A DNA stretch of 63,553 bases, counting the filler. It is 11 parts of 11 records of this genome, joined end to end, with 100 filler letters (N's around TTAATTAATTAA, not from the genome) between each part and the next. Parts side by side here need not be neighbours in the genome. Positions count along the whole stretch, not along the records: positions 1 to 12,316 come from SRR7504441_20965; 10 more parts are not named here. One strand, 5' to 3'. Position 1 is the stretch's first letter. Every line of letters begins with the position of its first letter. Made by a program: the position numbers and the translations under genes. Positions 1 through 10,760 of the stretch are shown piece after piece. The notes under the pieces are model-generated. The model was not told where the DNA came from and made no database searches. It worked only from the letters and a program-made list of their open reading frames with translations.

Positions 1-109
1 CGGCTGCCCGGGGCGTTCATCTCGATGTAGACGTGCGCCTGGTCATCACAAGCGGCTGCGTAAGTTGTTGGCCACCCGTGTCTCCTACTTTCCGTTGTAT
101 TGAGCGTCG

Positions 110-3100
110 ATGGCCCCGCCGGGCGCGGAGGACCCCCTGCGGGCCATGCTGGCGCAGAAGCTGGCGGCCAGCGCCCGGCTCGAGGCTGCGCTCCGGGTGC
201 GGGACTCGCCCGATCTCTGGGTGCCGGACAAGCCCCGGTTCCTGGCCAACTGGGCCGCCGAGTCGATCGGACGCTCGCTCAAGGCGATCAAAAACCACAG
301 CAGCGAGCTGCCAGTGCTGCTCCCGGGCTTCTGGCGGCTGATCGCGGAGGTACTGTCGCCTCCGGCCGGGCCTGACCGCTAGGCCGCAGCTGGCGCCTGG
401 GCTGGCCGGGGGAGCGGCGCTGCACCCGGGTCTGGCCGACTCAATGGTGGCGGCACTCGGCCAGAGGCGAGCCATACCCGGGGGGCGGCCGACTGACGGG
501 CCGGCTTGCAGCGCCGCGGAGGCCACGTTGGCGGAGGGCGTGTGCCGGGCGGTGTGTCCGTTGCTATCCGGGGGGCTGTGCCGGCCCAAACTGGAGCAGC
601 TGGCCCGGCTTATCGGGGCGATCGGGCCGCACCAACGGGCTGGGATGGCGCAGGCGGGCCAGGCACTCACAGTGGCGGTGGGCGCGCTGCGGACCGCGGT
701 GGGTGTCCGGTGCCCGGTGAGGCCTGACCGTGGCGCAGGCGAAGGAGCATGCGGTGCCCAAGCAAGTGTTCAGCGTGCTGTGCGCCGGCTCTACGCTGGC
801 CGAACTGCTCCGGAGCAGTGCGGAGCCCGAGCTCATGGACCAGGTGCACCTGCTGCTGAGCGAAGCGCTCTTCGGGTGAGGCTGGCCGAGCTGCCGGCCG
901 CTCACACAGAGGGCAGTGAGGCGCACCGGGCAGAGTTCAGGTCTTGGCTGCTGGCGCCAGACCCTGCCAAGGCAGTCGGGTACACCAGTCAGCTCCGGCG
1001 GGCGATTGTGAGCTCCCTCGAGGAGGGATCGGCAGCGGCCGCGGTGCTAGCCTGGCTGCCGGTGCGTCGCGCGAAGGGATCGAAACTGAGCACCTGTGTG
1101 GCAGACTGCGGCGACCGAGTTATTCAGACTGAATCCGGACGCCGAGCCGTCGGCACATCCTGCCAAGAGGCACAAATCGAGTCCCAAGGTGCGCCGCCCA
1201 AGTCGGCCATCTGACCAGCGTCTGCCAGCTCTCAGCTCGTGCCGCATTCTTCCAATTCCTCTGGGGCGCAGTGTTGCTGGCCCCGGCTAGCATGCAGCTG
1301 GAGCACTGCACCCGGCTGTTGCAGCAGCTCTCGCAGCGTCAGGAGGTCTACGGCGGAGCCGGTGACGACGCGCTGATGCAAGAGTTCCTCTCACCTCGTG
1401 TGGCCTGGCTTATCACTCAGCTTGAGAAGAACCCTGCAGCAGCAGTGGCCGCCACGGTGGGTTTCGGTGCAACCAGGCAGCGGGACTGGTCGCAGGTGAT
1501 TGAGAGCCTGGCCAACCTGGACATCCGGATGCTCGAGAGCCAGCTGCCCGCGCTGCTCTCGTTGGCGTGGCCTCAGTTGGGCCAGGAGCCTGTACAGCGG
1601 AGCATGGGTCTGTAGGGGCTGGCTGACTGCAGACTGAGCTGGGAGCAGGTGTTTTGGTGAAGGTGTATGCGGCCGCCCGCAGGTTGGATCACCTGCTTCA
1701 GCTGGTAATGCGCTCTGCTGGCACTGCTGGGGCTTTGCTGGCTGCATCCGAGCAGTGGCAGCTAGCACTGCGGTCCGGCTTCAGGACATTGCCTCCTCGC
1801 CAGGTTTTACCTGGGTCCAATGGCTGCTGAGCGAAGTCCAGGTGAAGCCGTTGTGGGAAAGCTTGCTAGCGCAGAGCCAAGGTCCACTCCGTAGCCTTGC
1901 TCTAGCTCAAATGGCACAAAATGTAGCTGTGACAGCAGTCAATGCTGCTGAAATGCGGGAGCTGGCCCTCCTCACAGCCGCTGCTGTGGCCGAAATTAAG
2001 CCGAACGGTGGTTTTGAGTTAGTCTCAGCAGTGCACAGTGGTTGTCTTCACGCGGTGTTAGCAGCTGACAACCTGGGCACGCACGAGGCCGGCGAAAATG
2101 AGCTCAAGACGCTGTTTGCGCCGCTTTGGTGGGATGAAATCCCGCAGGGCACGGACGCCAGTGTACTCGGTCGAGGCTTCATGTCATGCTGGCAGGCAGC
2201 AAAGATCCTTGACGACAAAGACCTGCAGAGCCGCGCCGCAAAGCAGCTTTTGTGGGCCGTAACAAATGCAGAGGTCAATTTTGTGGGGGTTTGGATGCTT
2301 TCAGAGCTTGCATCACTTTGCGAGCGATGGCAAGATTTCGAGGTGGCCACGGTGTTGGGTCACGTGGTGCGGGCGCATCAATTTGATGAGGCGTCAAGAG
2401 ACGGCTTGCTGTACTGTAGCGATTTCTATGAGGTTAGGCAGTTCGGGCAGCTGCTCTTACCGGTTTTGTGGCGCTTTGTAGAACTGTGCCTTCAAGGCCA
2501 TTCTTTCCCAGATAGCTTCGCCGGCAAACTTACTGACATCACGTCGCCTGTCAAGGAAATGCGTGCGGCTGTACCTACAAAGGAGGCTGACCGCATTTCG
2601 ATGATCATCTCCGTGCTTCAGATCGCTTCAGGACTGCCTGCAGACTTTGTGCCACCTGGGATGGTGTCAAGCTCGGTTTCGCTTGCAGTTGGTTTGGAAT
2701 CAGCTGTGCCCAAAGCATGGCGTGCAAAGCTGCTCCTAGCAACACGTGCGGCAGTCGCTTCTGGATGCGGTCGGAGCGCTACAGCTGAAGCGCTACAGGG
2801 GGAAATGGAGGTGCTATGGCCATGGCTCCTGCAACTGTGCTCTGAAGCAAGCAGTGAAAGCAAAGGGGAAGTCCAGCATTGCAGTGCGACGATCATGGGT
2901 AGCGTAGTCTTTGCTGTAGCGACCAGTGAGCTCAACTCGACAGAAAGCAAACCCGAGCACGCGCTTCACAGTCTTCTTACTGCATGTCTTCTGCCAGCTG
3001 CCGTGTCAAGGGCAACGCCCGGAGTGCTTGCTATGGTAGCTGCAGCGCTTCAAGCAATCCACAGAGCGCTCAGCCAAACGAGCAGCAGCACACTGCCGCC

Positions 3101-4331
3101 CCAGTGGCTCGAGTATCTTGAACAGCTCGAGGGTGCGGCCATGAAGCACGTCCACAAAGCAAAAACAAGTGCATTGCTCCCTGTTATAGGCGAGCTTCTG
3201 GTTCTTCACACTGAACGGGCTTCAACAAAGCGCGACGATGAGCAGGCCCAAGCGTCACCTTTACTTCGGCAGCTTGGGTTGGCAGTTTCGGCTGCAATGA
3301 GGCAGTGTGTGGCTGCTCCAGAGGACCCAGCCCCCATCACTTTTGTCACAAAGTTAGCTGAAGCTCTCCCTCAGCTGAGACCGAAACCTTCTCGGACCGA
3401 CTTTCGCGTGATTCTGTGTGCAGTGCTCCACTCGTTGGGCAAGTTGGTTGCCAAGGGCCAGAAAGACCCACCGCTCTTTGCTGCCCTCTCGGCCATTGCA
3501 GCAGGTGTCGACGACGAATGCTGCTCGGAGCTGATGACGGCCTTGTCCTCCGAAATGGCATCAGCTATTCCGATCCGGAACCTGGTGGCGCTCAACGTGA
3601 CAAAGAACCTAATGGATACGCTAGCTGCCCGAAGGCTCACGCTGCTGTTCTCCAGCAACAATTTTCGGGTGCTGCCTCAGCTGGCGGAGCTTCTGACGCA
3701 ACGGCACAATGGCCCGTTGGATGCAGAGCTGGCTGCCACCAGCCTTAAACTGCTGCACGAGCTCGTCACAAGAGAGCGAGTGTTTCGCCTCACCGCGCGC
3801 CATATATCTGTGATCATGTCTGTGGTTTCTCACTGTCTTGCCGACTCCTTCCCAATCACCGGAGAAGCGGCCAAGGCAGAGTGCGGTTCTGCAGCTGTTG
3901 CCAAGTACGAACTTTTAGTCGCCATACTGCTCGCCATGGTCAATCATCGAGCAGCAGTTTCGCGCAGTTGCCAGCCAAGCAGCTCAGGCTGCCTGAGATG
4001 GATGTTAGTAGCGCTAGCTGAACACTGTCTCCCAAGCTCGAGTGCCAGACAGCTGTCGCGGCTGCTTGAAGCGACCTCATCGGACCCACAGGCTTCTTTT
4101 AAGAAGCACGCGGCTTACTTCATATCTGACTATATCCAGGTGTTTCATGGATTCTCAGTGGGCGAGGAACTGCTCCGAGAATTGCGACCAGGCGTGTTTG
4201 CAATGCTTGCAGCGTGCGAGGACGAAGAACGGAAGCTGATACACAACAGTGCGCCTCCAGTAGGCAAAACATACTTCAAGCAGCTCGTGGCGGACTATAA
4301 CGACTATTACAAGTACAAAGGAGGCAGTTAG
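110..4331 (+). CDS. URB2: Nucleolar pre-ribosomal protein URB2/Npa2 homologue, multi-exon
   Basis: ATG at 110. N-terminal WVPDKPRFLANW resembles the URB2 N-terminal motif. First intron gtactg...ccgcag at 351-390. Long last exon (ORF 1755-4331) ends FKKHAAYFISDY...LRPGVFAML...GKTYFKQLVADYNDYYKYKG, typical of the Urb2 C-terminal domain. Confidence 0.85.
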
Positions 4332-4844
4332 AACTAGACGGGCCGCGCGAAAAGCAAAGCATGCTAGAGGCTGTGGTTAGAACTAGAGGAAGTGCGTTGG
4401 AAGTGCGTTGGGTAGGTTTATCTCTTCAATTACTCAAGATTAAGCTGGCGCGTTGACCAGCTAAACTGCCAACTTCATACCAGCTTCAGTTAGAGCTAGC
4501 TACTTCTGAATTACGTGGCTTTGTAACAAGCTTGACTAGCTTCATCTGGACTCCATCGCAACTTTTTACAAACAACCAGTTTAAATGATTGGGATGTTTA
4601 ATTACTTGTATAGTAATCTATGTTTTTTGTGTATAGCTAATCTCGAGGTAACAATTGCAATCATTTCAAATTTTAAGAATCTAGAGCTGAGGACGTTCGA
4701 GGATACTGTAGGGGGTACTGTAGGAATCCTTATACTGTGTCATACTGTATAGCTGGGGTATATAATTGTGGTATATATATAGCTCAATTCATGCTCCTGG
4801 GAGTGACTCGAGCCCTTCCAAGAAAGCACGTTGCAACTGGCTGT

Positions 4845-6341
4845 CTACCAATTGTCATGTAGAAAGATGAGGCCACAGGGAGAAAAGCATATCACTAGGG
4901 CCATCAAAGTCTGCATCCATAGTCCTGTGAATTTGCCCAGTGCCTGAAGCTCCTTCGATTCAATATGCTGCAGCCGAATCACATCCACCTGCGACCCGGA
5001 GAGCTTGCTTTCCATGTCTGCAGCAATGACGGCTGAAAGGATGGGGTCCAAACCAAGCTCACCAGTCTCGATGACTGGAGCGGAGAGCTGCAGACTGCCC
5101 AGATTTGGGGCCGAGGTTGACGCCTTGAGCGAGTTTGGCGAGAGTGGCTGCCGAGTCTTCCTGGGTGAGAGCAGTGGTGATGAATCCCGGTGCCGTGGGC
5201 TCAAAAAGATAGGGTTACCGGCTGAATTAGCGGGTTCTACCTGCACGTCGATCAGTTCGGCGATGTTAACCATTTCAGCACCATCGACTTGGCTCAGCGG
5301 TCGGGCTTTGTGCAAACCATCAGGGATGGGCACGTCTGATTGAAGGTAGCTGAGGTAATCGTCCTCCCGCTCCGGCGACATCCAGATTTCCAGGACAAAC
5401 GAGTCCGAGGCTCGCGGGCTGAACCCACATGGATAGCACGGACCAGTAGATGTAAACATGCACCTATGGGGCAGCAGCTTAGGGTCTCCACCGCCAACAG
5501 TTTGATGACGCCTGTAAATTACGCTGGGCGTCGGTCGTGCACTTGTGCCAAGTGACGACTCACGGAGCAGAGCGCCAAGCTGGTGCTCCTGGATCATGAT
5601 TGAGTTCACACTGCCGGTATTGGTCTGGGACAACTCTTGACGGCAGTCGAGCTCGATCAGCTGGTCAGTCTTGACAACACAGATGAAGTCTGGTCCCGGT
5701 CGGGCCCACACGAGGTTGACGCGGAGGTGGCTGGCATAATTGTCCAATGCAAAGCAGCACAGGATCAAGACACACTCCAGGATAAACGTGGCATACGAGC
5801 CCCGTTCATCTCGACTGATCCCACCCTGAGCCACAAAGCAGGAATATAGCGAGCCCACCACCAAAAGTGGAATAAGCGCCACAGGCAGGCCGGCCCCTTG
5901 CGCCCGAGCGGCGGCAGCGAGGTCGATTTGGATGACGAGCATCCGGTTGATGAATGCTGCTGTGACCGCCAGGTTGTGCAAGTACGGCCCGTGCTTGACG
6001 GCGCAGTCTAGCGGGAAGCTGAACCCAATCACCATCAAGCCCGCGAGCAGCCCGTCCAGCAGCATGCGCGGCCGCATCAGCGCAACCTGAGCCGTCTCGG
6101 ACAGCTGGCGGCACGAGACCGCGTGCTCCCAGAAAACGGTCACCTCGTACCCCAGCAGGGCTAGCCCAAAGGTAAGGAGCACCCGTGGGTCTCGGGTCAG
6201 GAAGTGCGAGATGAGTTGGGTCGGACCGCAGTGGCCAACCTCTCCGATCCGGTCGAGCGAGACGTCCAAGACGGCAGTGAGCACGACCAGAGCGGTTGCG
6301 ATGGCCACACGAATGTACGTGAAGACGGAGAGGCCTGCCAT
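4845..6341 (-). CDS. Multi-pass membrane protein (about 6 N-terminal TMs, Ser/Pro-rich region, C-terminal TM), possibly Frag1/DRAM/Sfk1-like
   Basis: Intact 498-aa ORF with hydrophobic segments. PTQLIS, LHNLAVTAAF and FILECV are weakly reminiscent of the Frag1/DRAM family; family call is tentative. Confidence 0.5.
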   Translation of the reverse strand: MAGLSVFTYIRVAIATALVVLTAVLDVSLDRIGEVGHCGPTQLISHFLTRDPRVLLTFGLALLGYEVTVFWEHAVSCRQLSETAQVALMRPRMLLDGLLAGLMVIGFSFPLDCAVKHGPYLHNLAVTAAFINRMLVIQIDLAAAARAQGAGLPVALIPLLVVGSLYSCFVAQGGISRDERGSYATFILECVLILCCFALDNYASHLRVNLVWARPGPDFICVVKTDQLIELDCRQELSQTNTGSVNSIMIQEHQLGALLRESSLGTSARPTPSVIYRRHQTVGGGDPKLLPHRCMFTSTGPCYPCGFSPRASDSFVLEIWMSPEREDDYLSYLQSDVPIPDGLHKARPLSQVDGAEMVNIAELIDVQVEPANSAGNPIFLSPRHRDSSPLLSPRKTRQPLSPNSLKASTSAPNLGSLQLSAPVIETGELGLDPILSAVIAADMESKLSGSQVDVIRLQHIESKELQALGKFTGLWMQTLMALVICFSPCGLIFLHDNW

Positions 6342-6734
6342 GTCTGCGTGGTTCGCTCAGGGCTGATCATCAGTTCGAAGCCGCCGGTTTGAGCCGTTAT
6401 CAAACCGTTAGAACGAACGGCTCAGAACGCCCCGGACCGTTGTTCGTCAGTCAAGTCGAGAGAACTCACGTGTACACGGCCTCGGGACTCCAGCCCACAA
6501 GCACCCAACTAGGCATGAGTCCGAGTCCTCCGTGCATTTGTCGGCCATGTGATCATAACGTACGCGTGTCTCTACGTGTCTACGAATAACTCGTTGATTC
6601 ACAACTGTCTCGTCAGTGCTCATCGTGGCAGCAGTCAAAGGGGTGTACATGTACAATTGATGAGAACCTAATGTACTAAACGAATCAAATTGGCAATGAA
6701 TGGACCGCCGATCAGCGCGCGGCTCATGCATATG

Positions 6735-7436
6735 TTATCGTGAGCGCATTTGTTCCACTAGCCACTCCACTGCTTCCCGGACCGGCTCATCGCCTTGCGC
6801 CGGCCACCAGCGCAGCGACACTGGGGCGTCACAGCACCACGGCCCGTGGCACGCACTGCACAGGCCGACAACTGTGGGGTCCAGCGGGACGGTCTCGGAC
6901 CAACGCCCCGTGTCGGCCAAGTGCCTGCCTATCTGCTCGAGCACCGATGGGGGCACCGCAGCCAGGCAGCCGCCCGGCCGGCGGGCCAGCAGCAGCAGCC
7001 GCACGACGCTCCAGGGCGGTCGGAGCGGCGCCGACGGGACGCAGAGCAGCAGCCGGGGGGAGGTGGTGTCGCCCGGTAGGCCGCTCAGGTTATGCAGGAA
7101 CAGGTTGGCGAAACAGGAGCCATTTGTCGCCATTTGTTCCTGGGTGGCCAGCAGGATAGTCCCGTCTAGCGGCCAAAGCGTGCGCAGCAGTCTGAACGCC
7201 GACATCCCGGCCAGGCTCTCGGGCATGCTGAGCCAGAACAGCTCGAGGAGCGTGGGACCTGCCAGGATCCTTGCGCGCCGGAACTCGCTATACCGGCCGC
7301 ACGCGGGCACCAGCTCGGTGGGCTGGATGGCCTTGAACAGCTTGGAGCACCGGGCGGCCAGGTCGGCTTCCGCGGCCGACGTCATCGTCACCACGGCCAC
7401 TCGAAACGGCTCACTGGCACTGGCACTGCTCCCCAT
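6735..7436 (-). CDS. Hypothetical protein with a degenerate ARF/Arl-like layout
   Basis: Likely start MGSSASAS (myristoylation-like) at 7436. FRVAVV, LELFWL, DGTILL and terminal VREAVEWLVEQM follow ARF secondary-structure order, but G1-G4 motifs are absent. Confidence 0.45.
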   Translation of the reverse strand: MGSSASASEPFRVAVVTMTSAAEADLAARCSKLFKAIQPTELVPACGRYSEFRRARILAGPTLLELFWLSMPESLAGMSAFRLLRTLWPLDGTILLATQEQMATNGSCFANLFLHNLSGLPGDTTSPRLLLCVPSAPLRPPWSVVRLLLLARRPGGCLAAVPPSVLEQIGRHLADTGRWSETVPLDPTVVGLCSACHGPWCCDAPVSLRWWPAQGDEPVREAVEWLVEQMRSR

Positions 7437-7674
7437 ATCTCGCGCTGCAACGGACTTTATGCGGCACTCTTGTATACGAGTATTCATCGATAAGAGTAAG
7501 CGTGGGTATAATGTATTGAATTGTTCAATCGGTGCACTCTCGCAACCTCGTGATAAGCTATAACCCCTTTCGGTCGAGCAAGGCTCCAACCATGGACAAT
7601 CGTCCTTCGGCCCGGATTCAGGCCGATTCGAGCTACGTAGCTGTACCTCGACAAACTAACGGCGATCCACACAG

Positions 7675-8580
7675 CTAGAGGACTGTACACCAGGTGCTCC
7701 AGAACGATTTCTCGTCGGCCTCGCCACTGACATTAGTCCGGGCGACCTCGGATGTTTGTACTTGTCCGCATACGCTGCTCGCCTGTAGCTTGCTCTCAGA
7801 AGGCAGCTGGTCGAGCAGCTCGTCCAGTCGGTCATCCGACACACCCGGGTCCATCCGCCACTCGTGCCTCTCCTTCTCGGCCACCTGCCCCCTCTGATCA
7901 CACACTGGCACCCTGCAGCCCGGCACCGGCGAGCTGAATGAGGCACAGAACCTAACCAGAGCGGTGGCCAGCTCCGGCCCGCCCAGTTCCGTCACTGCGG
8001 TGTCGTCGCACTGCCACACCAGCGCCTTGGGCTTCCCTTTCTGCTCCAGCAGCCAGCGGCGCGCCCCGGCACACCACGCGTGCAGTCCGAGGTTCTTGTC
8101 AGAATCAAAGTGCGACCGGACTAGTCCTTTCAACCGACTGAGCGCTGCGTCGAGCTGCTCCACGCGCACCAGCCCGTTCCCATCCCCGGGATACGCTTTC
8201 AGCATGGCGGCCCACCCGGCCGCCCTGGCCGCCGCCGCCTGCCGATGCGCCTGCTCCCTGGCCGCGTTCTTGCCACGCTCGTGCCGCTCAAGCCAGGGCT
8301 CGTACTCGTTGGCCGGGGCGCAGCACCGGATCGTCTCCTCGCCATCCACAGTCTCCAGCGAGAAACCGCACTGCCGGGCTAGCTGGGCGTCCGCCACCGG
8401 CAGGTCGAAGTGCGGCTCACCAGAGAGGAGCCGCTCGTAGCCTTGGCGGAGCAGCAGCGCCTGGTCAGCCGGGGGCGGTGGCGGGCCGGCCTCTGGGTCG
8501 TGCTCAATCTGGGCCGCCCACGCGTCCTGGTCCCAGCTCGCCTGACACACCGCGCACCACATGGCCTCATCCCAGGCCAT
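7675..8580 (-). CDS. Hypothetical protein with C-terminal CaaX box (CTVL)
   Basis: ORF from MAWDEAMW (8580) to ...STWCTVL*. Probable in-frame 42-nt intron at 7885-7926. Confidence 0.6.
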   Translation of the reverse strand: MAWDEAMWCAVCQASWDQDAWAAQIEHDPEAGPPPPPADQALLLRQGYERLLSGEPHFDLPVADAQLARQCGFSLETVDGEETIRCCAPANEYEPWLERHERGKNAAREQAHRQAAAARAAGWAAMLKAYPGDGNGLVRVEQLDAALSRLKGLVRSHFDSDKNLGLHAWCAGARRWLLEQKGKPKALVWQCDDTAVTELGGPELATALVRFCASFSSPVPGCRVPVCDQRGQVAEKERHEWRMDPGVSDDRLDELLDQLPSESKLQASSVCGQVQTSEVARTNVSGEADEKSFWSTWCTVL

Positions 8581-8820
8581 GGTTGCGGGCAGTGTTACGA
8601 TAACGGAAGCGGACAAATGAGTCAGCACAGAGCACGCTCCGGTGATCCGGACCCACAGCTTTAGAAGCTTTATACCGAGCAACTTGTAGATCTACATCGT
8701 GAATGTTATGTTGACTTTGTAAAATATTTATAAAATGAGTTACGTAGTGCAAACCGAGTGTTGAGTGGTCAAATGAAGAATTATTACAACATTACAGCAG
8801 TATTACAGTAGTGCAAAGAG

Positions 8821-10676
8821 CTAGTCACGCAGGTGAGAGAATTGGAAGTTGACACGGGAAATCCCGAGGCTTTTCTCATTCTCACGACCAGTTCGGCGAA
8901 ACAAAGGCGAACGCTTGACAGGTGGGTCGGAAGCCAAACCCGTCGTGCCTGAGCTCCACTCGCCCTCGGTTTCGTCGCGCTTCGAACGGGCGCTGATCCC
9001 ATCGGCAACCTCCTGCAGCCCACTGGCTGATAAGGCAACCAAACAGCGCACTACCTGATCGTCGAGCACCACTCTAGCGGCCTGGGCCGGAGTGCGGCTG
9101 GGCGATTCAGCTGGACCCGCCCTACACCGCCGGTCAAGCCAGCAGAACCGCAATGCGGGGCACCTTTCGCTCAGGCAGGACACCAGACTGGGTCTGGAGA
9201 TACTGTTGGAATTATCCCACATAGTCGGCGCAGTCTGGTGACCAAGACCGAGACTAGAAGACGAGTCAAGCGCGCTCGTATGCAGAGCAGGCCCGGCCAT
9301 GCCTGCCAGCCCGGCTCGCTTACTGGGTGAGGCGGCTCGGGTCACTGGGCGAAGCAAAGGAGCGGTCCTGCGCGCCGACTGGGAGCTTGACGTTCCGTGC
9401 GAGCTGAGATACTCGGCTCAGATGATTCCGAGTCTTCTCAACCTGAGCACGATCTCAGCCAGCTAGCGCCTTACTGCGCACCGATCGCTCGCCTAGCACA
9501 CTTGCACCCGATTCGACTTCCTGCCATCCTGCTCAGCAAGCTCACTCAGGCCGTCGGCGCGCCTGGAGCAGCGCCGTCAGCTGGGGGCTGCCGGGAGGCA
9601 GCAATTCTGGTGCAAACACCGAACTGGGCCCCGTGCTAGAGCTCGGCGAGAGGCTGTTCAACGGCTGGAAGAGTCGGAGCTACCTCGCGAGGGTTAGACA
9701 GAGACCGGGCCGGGCTGACCTTGCTAGCGTAGCATTGGTCCAGCTGCTGCTGGGCCGCAATCGCCTGCTCGAGCAGAACCGGCAGCTCCGGCACCCACTC
9801 AGCTTGAGCCGACTCGGCCGGTGGCTCCGGCGCGGGCGGCCGCTGCTGTCTGATAAGCAGAGCAGTAACATGGCTGGTCTTGTACCCATGCTGGGCGAGC
9901 CAGGGGACAATGCTAGCCGCGGAGGCTATGGGGACCGGCCCCGGCTGTTTCGAGTCAAGCAAAAGCAGCGCCCAGTCACATCCGGTCGAGAGCTCTTTGA
10001 GCGGTTCGCACGAGTGAGGCGCCACCACTGCCATCCAGTGCCGCCCACCAAACAAGCTCCAGAGTCTCTTGGCCGGCTGCACATTCAGGATGAGCCCACG
10101 CATGCCCGGTTGAGCCAGCTGCTGGTCCAGCTCCTCGGGCTCCAGCGCCCCGCTCGCCCCAGGCTCACCGGCTAGCACCCCCCGCCGATGCACTTCGCAC
10201 TTTTGGAGCAGGAGGGCCTGATCGATGGCGGCGCAGTCGTAGTTACCGAGCACAGGGGTCCGGAGCTGCATCCAGTGGAACAGTCCGAGCAGCTGTTCCA
10301 ACAGGCCCCGCGGCGGGCAGAGCGCCTGCTGGTGGGCGGCGGCCATGTCGGCCAGCGCATCGAGGGTTTCCTTGGAAAGCCACTCGGTCTGAAACAGGTT
10401 GTTCAGCGCGTGCACCGCGCAAAACATCAGCTTCTGCCGCTCGAAATAGATCGGGGTCTGCGCCGCGTCGGCCGACCGCCGCCGGGCCACCATGATGTCG
10501 CACAGGATGAGCCCGAGGGCGATCAAGGCCGCCAGCCCGGAGCCAGGGGTGAGCTCGGCCCCGGCCAGCCAGTGGTGGTGGAGCAGCAGGCTCCCCGCTA
10601 CCAGGGCGGGTTGCCAGCCCAAGAGCCGGTACACGAACAGCCCAAGAGCCCAGCCGAAGAACGTAGGCACTTGCAT
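8821..10676 (-). CDS. Josephin-domain (MJD family) deubiquitinase with N-terminal hydrophobic segments and probable spliced C-terminal extension
   Basis: IYFERQKLMFCAVHALNNLFQ (catalytic Cys), GNYD, GRHWMAV (His), LLDSK (Asp). Candidate introns near 9680-9719 and 9519-9560 let the frame continue toward ORF 8821-9357; the 3' structure is inferred. Confidence 0.85.
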
Positions 10677-10760
10677 CCTCCTCCCGAGCCCGGCTGGCCT
10701 GCAGCAAAATTTTTGATCAGCGCTGCGCCTGCAGCCTGCTGGCCACCGGGTGTCGCGGGT

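Noticed and set aside
10188-10760. Long overlapping or antisense ORFs (this 5' extension, also 6700-7563, 48994-49749, 52042-52998, 62237-63394)
   Set aside because: Expected shadows of GC-rich coding sequence on the opposite strand; no recognisable motifs.
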